64,000 nucleotides of DNA from an uncultured Acidobacteriota bacterium (GCA_963801275.1 CAWDEF010000001.1:3794315-3858314), one strand, 5' to 3'. Positions 44,271 to 53,274 are shown, counted from the first letter of the stretch. The notes: generated by a model not told the origin, from the sequence alone. Made by a program: numbers and translations.

Positions 44271-45266
44271 ATGATCGAAGTACAGAACCTCACAAAAAGC
44301 TACCCCACCCAAACGGCCGTCGCGGACGTTTCCTTCTCGGTGAAGGAAGGGGAGATCGTCGGGTTTCTGGGTCCCAACGGGGCGGGAAAGACCACGACGA
44401 TGCGCGTGCTGACGGGGTTTCTGCCGCCCACGTCGGGCACCGCCCGAATCGCCGGGAGCGACGTGCTGACCCACTCGAAGGAGGCGCGGGCCTCGCTCGG
44501 TTACCTGCCCGAATCGGCCGCCCTCTATCCCGAGATGCGGGTGCGGGAGTTCCTGGCCTATCGAGCGCGACTGGAGGGAATCGCACGGGGCGACGTGCGC
44601 CGGCGTGTCACCGAAGCCATCGGACACTGCCTCCTCGAGGAAGTCGCGGACCGCAAGATCGACAATCTCTCGAAGGGGTACCGGCAGCGGACGGCCCTGG
44701 CCGGAGCCCTGGTCCACCAGCCGCCCGTCCTCATCCTGGACGAGCCCACGGTGGGCCTCGATCCCATGCAGATCATCAAGATCCGGGAGATGATCCGCGC
44801 CCTCGGACGCGAGCGGGCGGTCCTGCTCTCCACCCACATCCTCCCCGAGGTCGACGCGGTGTGCGACCGGGTGCTCATTATCGACCGCGGCCGGATCGTG
44901 GCCGAAGGCACTCCACAGGAGCTTCGGACGCGCCTGGCCGGCACACCCATCGTGCGGGCGGCGTTCAAGGGCACGGTCGCGGCGCGCGAGGCGCTTCGGG
45001 CTTTGCCGGGTGTCGTGTCGGCCGAGGAGGAGCCGGGAGGGGAGGAGACCCGCGTCCGGCTCGAGTGCGCGCCGGGCGCCGACCCGTCCGAGGAGATCTT
45101 CCACCTCGCCGTGGCGCGCGGTTGGGTCCTGCGGCAGCTCGCCCGCGAGTCGCCTTCGCTCGAGGACGTGTTCGTCCGCCTGACGCGGCACGACGAGGCG
45201 GCGCCGGGCGCGGCGCCCGCGGAAACGGCTCCGGCGTCGCCGGAGGAAGAGGGGGCTCCGTCGTGA
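44271..45266 (+). CDS. ABC transporter ATP-binding protein (GldA-like, ABC-2 subfamily)
   Basis: Walker A GPNGAGKTT, signature LSKGYRQR and Walker B VLILDEPTVGLD. Confidence 0.85.
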   Translation: MIEVQNLTKSYPTQTAVADVSFSVKEGEIVGFLGPNGAGKTTTMRVLTGFLPPTSGTARIAGSDVLTHSKEARASLGYLPESAALYPEMRVREFLAYRARLEGIARGDVRRRVTEAIGHCLLEEVADRKIDNLSKGYRQRTALAGALVHQPPVLILDEPTVGLDPMQIIKIREMIRALGRERAVLLSTHILPEVDAVCDRVLIIDRGRIVAEGTPQELRTRLAGTPIVRAAFKGTVAAREALRALPGVVSAEEEPGGEETRVRLECAPGADPSEEIFHLAVARGWVLRQLARESPSLEDVFVRLTRHDEAAPGAAPAETAPASPEEEGAPS

Positions 45267-46003
45267 GACGGTTCCTGGCGATCGTGGGCCGGGAGTGGCG
45301 GGCCTATTTCTTCTCGCCACTGGCCTACGTGATCCTGGCGGCCTTCCTGCTGATGAACGGCCTGATCTTCTACGCCATCGTGGCTTTCATGAGCACACCC
45401 GGCGCCCCGAAGGGCCAGGCCTTTCCGACCCTCTTTACGAACACCTACTTCTGGATCTTCAACCTCTTCATCGTCCCCGTCATTGCGATGCGCCTTTTCC
45501 CCGAGGAGCGCAAGAGCGGGACGATCGAGGTGCTGCTGACCTCGCCGGTGTCCGAGGGCATGGTCGTGCTCGGGAAGTTCGCCGGCGCGCTCGGGTTCTT
45601 CCTGACCTTGTGGGCCCCGAGTCTCGTCTACGTGCTCATCCTGCGTTCGCAGACGCCGATCGACCTCGGGCCGGTGGCGGCCTCCTACCTGGCCGTCGCG
45701 CTGTTCGGTTCCTATTTCCTCTCGGTCGGCACCTTCGCCTCGACGCTGACGAAGAACCAGATCGTCGCCGCGATTCTCGCGTTCGGCATGCTGATTCCCA
45801 TCTTTTCGGCCGGACTGCTCGAGTCGCTCGGGAGCAACCCCGCCCGCCGCGAGCTCTTCTCGTACCTGAACCTCTGGGACCACATGGACGAGTTCTCGCG
45901 CGGCATCGTGGACACCCGGCACGTCGTCTACTACGTTTCGGCGACCGCCTTCTTCCTCTTTCTCGCGACCGTCTCGCTCGCAGCCAAGAAGGAAACGCCG
46001 TGA
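45263..46003 (+). CDS. ABC-2 permease (GldF-like)
   Basis: The GTG overlaps the preceding stop (GTGA). VRRFLAIVGREWRAYFFSPLAYVILAAFLLMNG and EERKSGTIEVLLTSPVS motifs. This is the real 3' part of track ORF 44861-46003. Confidence 0.75.
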   Translation: MRRFLAIVGREWRAYFFSPLAYVILAAFLLMNGLIFYAIVAFMSTPGAPKGQAFPTLFTNTYFWIFNLFIVPVIAMRLFPEERKSGTIEVLLTSPVSEGMVVLGKFAGALGFFLTLWAPSLVYVLILRSQTPIDLGPVAASYLAVALFGSYFLSVGTFASTLTKNQIVAAILAFGMLIPIFSAGLLESLGSNPARRELFSYLNLWDHMDEFSRGIVDTRHVVYYVSATAFFLFLATVSLAAKKETP

Positions 46004-47469
46004 GCAGTCCGCGGGCCGCGCGGGCGGGCACGTCGGCCGTCGCCATCGCCCTGGCGGTGGCGCTATTCTTCGGAATCAACTGGCTCGGCTACCGACACTG
46101 GGCGCGCGGAGACTGGACGAAGACGAAGATCTATTCCCTCTCCGAGACGACGAAGAAGGTCGTGGCGGGCCTGAAGGCGCCCGTCCGGATCACGGCGGTC
46201 ATGACGTCGCGGGCGCGCCTCTTCAAGCCGGTCAGCGAGCTGCTGAACCGGTACCGTGCCCTCTCGCCGAAAATCGAGGTCGAGATCGTCGACCCCGAGA
46301 AGAACCCGGCCCGCGCCGAGACCCTCGTGCGCGAGTTCGGGATTCGCCAGAACACCGTCATCTTCCGGTCGGGGGACAAGAAGAAGTACGTCGAGGAAGA
46401 CAAGCTCGCCGATTTCGATTTCGCGGCCGCCGGAATGGGGGGCGCTCCGGAGATCAAGGCGTTCAAGGGCGAACAGGCGTTCACTTCGGCGATCCTCGAG
46501 GTGACCGAGAACAAGACGGCCAAGGTCTACTTCACCGCCGGCCACGGTGAGCCGACGCTCGAGTCGGTCGAGCGCGGCCGCGGCTACTCCGACGCGCGGC
46601 AGCTGCTCGAGCGCGACAACGTGACCGCTGCCGCATGGGAGTCGATCGGCCGCGGCGAGGTGCCCGCCGACGCCAGCGCCGTCGTGGTGTCCGGGCCGCG
46701 GACCGCCTTCCTCGAGCCCGAGACCGCGGCCCTTCAGAAGTACCTGGCGGGCGGAGGCCGCGTGCTCTTTCTGCTCGATCCGGTGCTGCCGGGCCCCGGG
46801 GCGCCGGCGGGCGATTTCGGCCTCGGAGCCCTTCTGGCGGGTTACGGCGTGACGCTCGGCAACGACATCATCATCGACCCGGCCAACGCCGTGCCGATGG
46901 TGGGCCCCGAAACCGTCATCGCGAATCACTACGGAACCCATCCGATCGTCCGGTCGCTCTCCGACCAGGGCCTTCCGGTGCTCTTCCCCGTCGCGCGCTC
47001 GGTCGCCAAGGCCGACGCGAAGACGGTCGGTGCCACGTCGGCGACGATGCTGGTCGAGACGACGTCCGAGGGATGGGGCGAGACGGGCCTGAACCGTCTC
47101 GACGCCGTGCAGAAGGACGCACAGGACGTCCCCGGACCGGTGACGATTGCGCTGGCGGTCGGGCCGGCCGACGAGAAGGAGGCGGGAAAGGACGGCAAGA
47201 AGGTCACGCGTCTCGTCGTGATCGGAAACTCCCGCTTCCTGACCAACGGCTCCCTCGGAAATGCCGGAAACGCGAACCTCTTCTTGAACGCCATTCACTG
47301 GCTCACCGGCGAAGAGAAGCTCGTCGGCATCGCGCCGAAGACGCCCGAGCAGGCCTCGCTCCAGATCTCGCAGGCTCAGGTCAATCGGATCGGCCTCGGC
47401 ACCGTCGCGGGGATGCCGCTGTTCGCGATCCTTCTCGGTGTCTGGGTCTGGTACAGGCGCCGCGACTGA
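46000..47469 (+). CDS. GldG-like ABC-transporter auxiliary protein
   Basis: The GTG overlaps the preceding stop (GTGA). N- and C-terminal TM anchors flank a large extracytoplasmic domain (…DWTKTKIYSLSETTKKVV…YFTAGHGE…VVIGNSRFLTNG…), as in the GldG/ABC_transp_aux family. Confidence 0.7.
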   Translation: MSSPRAARAGTSAVAIALAVALFFGINWLGYRHWARGDWTKTKIYSLSETTKKVVAGLKAPVRITAVMTSRARLFKPVSELLNRYRALSPKIEVEIVDPEKNPARAETLVREFGIRQNTVIFRSGDKKKYVEEDKLADFDFAAAGMGGAPEIKAFKGEQAFTSAILEVTENKTAKVYFTAGHGEPTLESVERGRGYSDARQLLERDNVTAAAWESIGRGEVPADASAVVVSGPRTAFLEPETAALQKYLAGGGRVLFLLDPVLPGPGAPAGDFGLGALLAGYGVTLGNDIIIDPANAVPMVGPETVIANHYGTHPIVRSLSDQGLPVLFPVARSVAKADAKTVGATSATMLVETTSEGWGETGLNRLDAVQKDAQDVPGPVTIALAVGPADEKEAGKDGKKVTRLVVIGNSRFLTNGSLGNAGNANLFLNAIHWLTGEEKLVGIAPKTPEQASLQISQAQVNRIGLGTVAGMPLFAILLGVWVWYRRRD

Positions 47470-47491
47470 CCCTTCCCGCAAAGGCGAGCCC

Positions 47492-48853
47492 ATGTCCTAT
47501 CGCAAGCTCCTGCTTTTGACCGGCGTCGTTTTCGGGCTCTTCGCCTTCATCGTCTTCTTCGAGCGGAAGCTTCCCACGACGTCGGAGCGGCGGGCCAAGG
47601 GAGACCTCCACTGGGACCTGCCGGAGGACCGCGTCGTCACCATCCGTCTCGAGCGGCCGGGCTCGGTCGTGGAGCTCCAGCGGGACGGCGAGCGCTGGCG
47701 GTTGACGCTGCCGACACCCTATCCGGCCGACACCTTCGCCGCCTCGGATCTCGCGCGCGAGCTCGCGCAGCTCAAGCGCGTGGGCGGCGACTCCTCGGAG
47801 GCACGCCCGGACGACTATGGCCTCGCGAAGCCTACGGCGAAGGCGACGATCGTTTGGAAGGACCCGGCCGACCCGCAGAAGAAGTCCACGCGCGTGCTCG
47901 AGTTCGGCATCGACATTCCGGGAACCGACACGGCTGCGGCCCGCGTGGCCGGACAGAACCGCGTCCTCTTCGTCCCGGTCTCGCTCGCGGCGTCGGTCCG
48001 TAAACCCGCGGCGGACTTTCTCTCCAAGGATGTCTTCGGCGGAACGTCCGCCGACGTCGCGAGAATCGACGTCGACCGGGGCCGGGGTCACCTGCTGCTC
48101 GCGCAGCGCAACGGCATCTGGTGGGTGGAGCAGCCCTTGAAGGACCTCGCCGACGCGGAAGCGGCGTCGCGCCTGGCGGGCGACCTGACCGCGTTGCGGG
48201 TCATCGAGTTCCAGGCGCCCGAGAAGGACAGCCTGGCCACGTGGGGCCTCTCCCCGCCGCTCTACCGGGTGACGCTGTCGGACTTCAAGGGCAAGCCGAC
48301 GACGGTCGAGCTCGGCTCGACGCGTGCCGACGGCAATTCGGTCTATGCGCGCCGGGAGGGCCAGACCTTCACCGTCGCAAGCAGCATCGTCGAGGAGCTC
48401 TCCAAGGAATCGGAGGCCTTTCGTGCCAGGACCCTCGTGCGTTTCGACAGGGCGCAGGCGACGTCGCTCGAAGGGACCTTCGGGACCGACACGATCGCGC
48501 TCGCGCGCGGCAAGGACGGCGGATGGAGCGCCGCCGGCAAGGCCGCGCTCGCCGGATCCGTGGACGACCTGATGGGCGCCATTCTGGACCTGAAGAGCCG
48601 AGCGTTCGCCGACCAGACGCAGGCGGCTGCCCTGTCCGCCCGCCCGCCCTCGGCTTCCGTGCGCGTGACGTCCTCCGAGGGCGAGCCCTGGGAAATCAAG
48701 ATCTACGGGGGAGCGGGGGAAACTGCGGCCATCGTGTCGGGCCGTCCGGGAGCCTTCCTCCTCACCTCGGACCCGACCGCGGGTCTTCTCGCCGCTTTCA
48801 AGAAGGCCGCGACGGCTCCGACTCCGGCGGCAACGCCGACGAAGAAACCGTAG
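47492..48853 (+). CDS. DUF4340-like protein (N-terminal anchor, repeated beta-rich modules)
   Basis: ATG at 47492 (MSYRKLLLLTGVVFGLFAFIVFFE). Its position directly after a GldG-like gene and its repeated ...V.L.R.G..W.L. modules fit the DUF4340 family. The assignment is from memory of that family, not from a search. Confidence 0.6.
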   Translation: MSYRKLLLLTGVVFGLFAFIVFFERKLPTTSERRAKGDLHWDLPEDRVVTIRLERPGSVVELQRDGERWRLTLPTPYPADTFAASDLARELAQLKRVGGDSSEARPDDYGLAKPTAKATIVWKDPADPQKKSTRVLEFGIDIPGTDTAAARVAGQNRVLFVPVSLAASVRKPAADFLSKDVFGGTSADVARIDVDRGRGHLLLAQRNGIWWVEQPLKDLADAEAASRLAGDLTALRVIEFQAPEKDSLATWGLSPPLYRVTLSDFKGKPTTVELGSTRADGNSVYARREGQTFTVASSIVEELSKESEAFRARTLVRFDRAQATSLEGTFGTDTIALARGKDGGWSAAGKAALAGSVDDLMGAILDLKSRAFADQTQAAALSARPPSASVRVTSSEGEPWEIKIYGGAGETAAIVSGRPGAFLLTSDPTAGLLAAFKKAATAPTPAATPTKKP

Positions 48854-50290
48854 CTATCGCTTGCCGGTGCGGTGCGGGGGGACCTTCTCCGCCGCGGACT
48901 CGAGTTCCGCGATCCGCTTCTTGCGGGCCCTCTCCTTCTCGTCCACGCTCTTCTCCTTCTTCTCCTTCGCCTTGGAGAAGACCGTCGACAGAGACAGCAT
49001 GGCGCCCTTTCCCTTGGGCGGCTTGGCGCGCCGAGCCGTTGCGCCCCAGAGCCTGGTCCTCTTGAAGATGGCCTCGGTGAAGTCGGCGTTGGCCAGGTCG
49101 GCGCCGGTCAGGGTCGCGCCCGTGAAGTCGGCCCCCATGGCCCGGGCGAAACGCAGATCCGCGTCCTGAAGGACGGCGTCGCGAAAGTTGGCGCCGATCA
49201 AGAGCGTCCCCGAAAGGTCCGCCTCGAAGCCCCGCGCTCCGGAAAAGTCGGCGCGTTTGAAATTGCCCTGCCGAAAGGTCCCGTGCGACAGGTCCGCGCG
49301 CGAGAAATTGACACCCTCGGCCTGCGCCTCGGAGAGGTCCGCCCCGGAGAAGCATGCGCCGACGAAGGAATGCGGCTTCAGATTGGCCCGCCGCAGGACG
49401 GCCTTGGTGAGGTCGGCCGTCTGAAAGTTGGCCTTCTCGAACTTCGCGCCACGGAGATCGACCTCGTTCAGCTTTGCGTCGCTGAAGCTGACGTCCTGGC
49501 CGACCGCGTCGAGAAAGATCGCACGCCTCAGCTCGGCCTTGCGCACCTTCGCCCGGTCGAAGGAGGCGCCGGAGAAGTTCGCCTCGACGGCGGAGACGAG
49601 CTCCAGGTCGGCGTCGGTGAAGTCCGCCTTTTCGCAATCCGCAGCGTTCAAGGAGGCCTGCCGCAGGATCGCACCGACAAACTTCGCCCGGCGCAGGTCG
49701 GCTCCCGAGAAGTCGGCGCCCTTGAGGCTCGCCGACGTGAAGTCCGCGTTGGGGAAGGATCCGCGCACGGCCCCCACACCCTCGAAGAGAGCCCGCGTCA
49801 AGTTCACGCCGTCGAAGTGCGCGCCCGCCGTCTTGACGCCGCGGAAGTTGACCTCCGAGAGATTGGCGCCGGCCAGATTCGCGTTGGACAGGTCTGCACC
49901 CTCGAGCTTGGCGAAAGAGAGGTCGGCGCCGGCCAGGTCCGCGCCCGCGAGCGGGCATCCGAGCATGGAGGCGGACCGCAGGCGCGCGCCGGCCAGGAAA
50001 ATGCCTCCCAGGTCCAGGAAATCGAGCTTGCAGTGCTCGAAGACCGCGCCCGCCGCCGAGGCGCCCGCAAACCGCGTACCCTCGAGCGTGGCGCGTGAGA
50101 AGTCGGTTCCCGCCAGGGTCGCGCCCGAGAGGTTCGCGCGGGAAAGGTCCGCCCGCTTCAAGTCCTTTCCCGAGAGGTCGGCCCGCTGAAGGTCCGCGTC
50201 CGTCATGTCCGGCGTGACGTTCGGGTTGCGGCTCCTCCAGGCGTTCCAGTCGGCGGTGAGCAGGAGCTTCGCGTGCTCGGGGTTGGGCAT
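48854..50290 (-). CDS. Pentapeptide-repeat protein (about 80 repeats) with a Lys/Glu-rich C-terminal tail
   Basis: 478 aa. N-terminal WNAWRSRNPNV motif, then an uninterrupted A(D/N)LxX-type repeat series (ADLSGKDLKRADLSRANLSGATLAGTDFSRATLEG...). The tail is KAKEKKEKSVDEKERARKKRIAELESAAEK. Confidence 0.9.
   Translation of the reverse strand: MPNPEHAKLLLTADWNAWRSRNPNVTPDMTDADLQRADLSGKDLKRADLSRANLSGATLAGTDFSRATLEGTRFAGASAAGAVFEHCKLDFLDLGGIFLAGARLRSASMLGCPLAGADLAGADLSFAKLEGADLSNANLAGANLSEVNFRGVKTAGAHFDGVNLTRALFEGVGAVRGSFPNADFTSASLKGADFSGADLRRAKFVGAILRQASLNAADCEKADFTDADLELVSAVEANFSGASFDRAKVRKAELRRAIFLDAVGQDVSFSDAKLNEVDLRGAKFEKANFQTADLTKAVLRRANLKPHSFVGACFSGADLSEAQAEGVNFSRADLSHGTFRQGNFKRADFSGARGFEADLSGTLLIGANFRDAVLQDADLRFARAMGADFTGATLTGADLANADFTEAIFKRTRLWGATARRAKPPKGKGAMLSLSTVFSKAKEKKEKSVDEKERARKKRIAELESAAEKVPPHRTGKR
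49016..50203 (-). repeat. 15-nt-periodic coding repeat (pentapeptide repeats)
   Basis: Five-residue periodicity spans about 395 aa. This also explains why several other frames stay open here on both strands. Confidence 0.85.
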
Positions 50291-50346
50291 GGAACACGCA
50301 TTGTAGAGGATGTGGGTTCTTCTCCGGCCGGTTACAATGTTGGGAA

Positions 50347-51843
50347 ATGAGCACTTCCACCGCGGTTGCCCCTCCGCCGAAGGCGGTCGACCGCATCCGC
50401 AAGGCGCTCCAGGGGGGCCATCCGCTCCTCTACGTTCAGACCTGGGAAGAGTCCCGTGTCGAGAGACTGGCGCACCACCTCGCGAAGACCTTCTATGGGG
50501 CTCCCGTCACGCTGGGGGTCTGGTCGATCGTGGACGGCCTCGTCGTGGACGGGGCGGTGTGCCCGGACACGAAGGATCCGGTCAAGGCCCTCGAGGCGAT
50601 CCTCGCCGCGCAGGGAAAGGGCTTTTACGTCCTCAAGGACTTCCTCGCCGCGGCCGACGGCCGGCCCGAGATGGTGCGGCGGCTGCGCGATGTCTACCGC
50701 GCGCTCAAGGACCGCGGCCGGCACGTCCTGCTCGTGTCGCCACGCTTCTCGATGCCCGAGGAAGTCAAGAAGGAGATCTACGTCGTCGAGTACGAGCTCC
50801 CCGACGACTCGGAGATCGTGAAGCTGATCGACGCCAACGCGCGCAAGCGCCTGGGCGCCGAGGTCGACGAAGTGGCGGTCAAGCGCCTGGCGCTCGCGCT
50901 GCGGGGTCTGACGGCCGATGAGATCGGCCACGTCCTTTCCAAGGTCTTCGCGCAACGCAAGGCGTTCACCGAGGAGGCCTTCTCCGAAATCCTGGCGGAG
51001 AAGGAGCAGATGTCGCGCAAGGAGGGTGTGCTGGAGTTCGTGCCGCCGCGCTTCTCACTCGAGGACGTGGGCGGCTATGAAACGCTCAAGGACTGGCTCA
51101 AGAAGCGGCGCGCTCTCTTCTCCAAGGAAGCGCTCGACGCCGGGATCCCGATCCCGAAGGGACTGCTTCTGATGGGCATCTCGGGGTGCGGCAAGAGCCT
51201 CTGCGTGAAGACGATCTCGACGCTCTGGAACCTTCCCCTCTTCCGGCTCGACATGAACGCCGTTTTCGGGACCGACAACCCGGAATTCACCTTTCTCCGC
51301 GCGCTGCGCTCGGTCGAGGCGGTTTCGCCGGCGGTCCTCTGGATCGACGAGATCGAGATGGGTGTCGGCGGGTACCGCGAGGGCCAGGATCCGTCCATGT
51401 CGCGCATCTTCTCGGGCTTTCTGACCTGGATGCAGGAGAAGAGCGCGCTCGTGTTCGTGGCCGCCACGGCCAACCGCATTCATCTTCTGCCGGCAGAAAT
51501 CCTGCGCAAGGGCCGCTTCGACCAGGTCTTCTTCGTGGATCTGCCCAACGAGGAGGAGCGCAAGCAGATCTTCGCCATACACCTGAAGCACAACCGCTGC
51601 GAGGTCGCGAAGTTTGATCTGGTGTTCCTCGCCAAGGCGACCAAGGGCTGGAACGGCGCCGAGATCGAGCAGGCCGTGATCTCCGCGGTGGTCGACGCCT
51701 ATGCCGAAGGGCGGCCGCTCACCGAGGAGGACCTGCACCGGATGATCTCCTCGACTGTGCCCCTCTCGGTCACGATGGACGAGCAGATCAAGGCCATCCG
51801 GAGCTGGGCCCACGACCGTGCGCTGAACGCGTCGAAGGGTTGA
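50347..51843 (+). CDS. AAA+ ATPase, classic-clade, Ycf46-like architecture
   Basis: 498 aa. The N-domain has the HPLLYVQTWEESRVE motif. The AAA module has Walker A GISGCGKSL, Walker B VLWIDEIE and second region of homology ATANRIHLLPAEILRKGRFDQVFFVDLP. Confidence 0.8.
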   Translation: MSTSTAVAPPPKAVDRIRKALQGGHPLLYVQTWEESRVERLAHHLAKTFYGAPVTLGVWSIVDGLVVDGAVCPDTKDPVKALEAILAAQGKGFYVLKDFLAAADGRPEMVRRLRDVYRALKDRGRHVLLVSPRFSMPEEVKKEIYVVEYELPDDSEIVKLIDANARKRLGAEVDEVAVKRLALALRGLTADEIGHVLSKVFAQRKAFTEEAFSEILAEKEQMSRKEGVLEFVPPRFSLEDVGGYETLKDWLKKRRALFSKEALDAGIPIPKGLLLMGISGCGKSLCVKTISTLWNLPLFRLDMNAVFGTDNPEFTFLRALRSVEAVSPAVLWIDEIEMGVGGYREGQDPSMSRIFSGFLTWMQEKSALVFVAATANRIHLLPAEILRKGRFDQVFFVDLPNEEERKQIFAIHLKHNRCEVAKFDLVFLAKATKGWNGAEIEQAVISAVVDAYAEGRPLTEEDLHRMISSTVPLSVTMDEQIKAIRSWAHDRALNASKG

Positions 51844-51859
51844 CGCCGCGCCGCGGCGG

Positions 51860-52501
51860 TCAATTCCAGCCCGGATCCCCCGCGGTCCCCCGGTAGGGCG
51901 CCAGAAATCGGATCCGGCGGCGCCACTCGCGCATGCGGCCGGTCAGCTCCGCGAAGCGCCCCGGCAGGGAGTCAATTTCGAGCAGCTCTTGAAGCTCCGG
52001 CGGCCCATAGCACAGGCGCAGCGCGATTTCCGAGGCGAGGCGCTCGGGCGGAAGATCCTCCTGCGGCAGCGGTGGCAGCTTGAGCGCCGCCGCAACGGCC
52101 TCGAAGAGGCCCGTCGCGAGGCGCCGGGCCCGCGCCTGCGCGCCTGCGTCCGGAAACGGCAGGGAGGCGACTTCTTCCACGCGTGCCAGCCGGTAGGGAT
52201 TTCCGGTCGCCTCCTGGAGGATGCGGTAGCGAAACCGCCCCTCGAGCAGAATGTTGAAGCGGCCGTCCGGAAGGAGCTCGGTCTCCACGATTTCGCCCGC
52301 TCCGCCGATCCCAAAGACCTCGGGATCGCGCCCGCCCTCTTCCCATCCCGGCTTCATCAGGGCCATGCCGATCGTACGGTCTCCTTCCAGCGCGTCGGCC
52401 ACCATGGAGCGATAGCGGGCCTCGAAGACGTGCAGGGGCAGGAGGGTGCCCGGCATCAGCACGACTCCCGGGAGCGCGAAGATCGGGAGGCGCCGGCTCA
52501 C
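51860..52501 (-). CDS. LON substrate-binding (Lon N-terminal) domain protein
   Basis: 213 aa. LPIFALPGVVLMPGTLLPLHVFEARYRSMV is typical of the LON domain. The GTG start overlaps the cytochrome c stop (GTGA). Confidence 0.8.
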   Translation of the reverse strand: MSRRLPIFALPGVVLMPGTLLPLHVFEARYRSMVADALEGDRTIGMALMKPGWEEGGRDPEVFGIGGAGEIVETELLPDGRFNILLEGRFRYRILQEATGNPYRLARVEEVASLPFPDAGAQARARRLATGLFEAVAAALKLPPLPQEDLPPERLASEIALRLCYGPPELQELLEIDSLPGRFAELTGRMREWRRRIRFLAPYRGTAGDPGWN

Positions 52502-52893
52502 GGTTTGCCAGCCTGCGCCGGCGGGCCGCTCCCGGACGCCCGCGCGAGCTCCAGCACGAACGCCACCGTCTGCCGGATCTCCTCGTCGGTCAGCTTGCCC
52601 TCGAACCGCGGCATCGGGTCGTGGCCCCGGCGGATCTGCCGTTCGAGTGCCGCCGGACTGCCGTCCGAGCGCCAGACTCCGTCGACCAGATTCGCGTACT
52701 TGAAACGGCTCGCCGTGATCGTCTTCCCCTCGCCGTCCTCACCGTGGCAGGAGGCGCACTTTCGCTCGTAGATCATCTTCCCCGCGAGCAGGTCGCGGTC
52801 GGCGCCGTCCACGAGCGGCAGGCGCTTCTGGGCGCACGAGGATGGGGCAAAGGCGGCAAGCAGGAGGAGGAAAGCGCGCGAGCGCCGGAGCAC
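52498..52893 (-). CDS. Class I c-type cytochrome (secreted or lipid-anchored)
   Basis: 131 aa. Signal peptide with a Cys (APSSCAQ), heme motif CASCHG and a distal Met context (HDPMPRF). Confidence 0.8.
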   Translation of the reverse strand: MLRRSRAFLLLLAAFAPSSCAQKRLPLVDGADRDLLAGKMIYERKCASCHGEDGEGKTITASRFKYANLVDGVWRSDGSPAALERQIRRGHDPMPRFEGKLTDEEIRQTVAFVLELARASGSGPPAQAGKP

Positions 52894-53004
52894 GGGCGCA
52901 GTGTAGCAAGCGGACTCGCCGACGCGGATTCTCTAAGGGAGCCGTTAGGGTCCGGAGGGGGACAGACGGCCGCCGCGCAAACCTGATAGCTTTTTGTCCC
53001 TCAG

Positions 53005-53238
53005 ATGGCCCGACCGACCGACAAGGTCGCGGAGAACGCGCCGGGACAGTTCTACGTCGACCGCCAGTGCATCGACTGCGACGTGTGTCGCGTCACGGCT
53101 CCGGCGAACTTCCAGCGGCACGCGGAGAATCCGTATTCATTCGTTTTTCGCCAGCCGTCCTCCCCGGAGGAGCGGGCGCAGTGCGAAGAGGCCATGGACA
53201 GTTGCCCGGTCGAAGCGATCGGAAGCGATGGAGACTGA
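53005..53238 (+). CDS. Small [4Fe-4S] ferredoxin
   Basis: 77 aa with the CIDCDVC...CP cluster-binding pattern. Confidence 0.75.
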   Translation: MARPTDKVAENAPGQFYVDRQCIDCDVCRVTAPANFQRHAENPYSFVFRQPSSPEERAQCEEAMDSCPVEAIGSDGD

Positions 53239-53274
53239 GGGGGCGGGCCTCGGGTCTCCGCCGGAACCGGGCGG

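Noticed and set aside
49016-50203. Regular short-period repetition that could be mistaken for a CRISPR or tandem-repeat array, together with the large ORFs 48798-50402(-), 48872-50098(+) and 49428-50189(+)
   Set aside because: The period is 15 nt with degenerate copies and no spacer/repeat alternation. It is fully explained by the pentapeptide-repeat coding sequence, which also keeps the alternative frames open.
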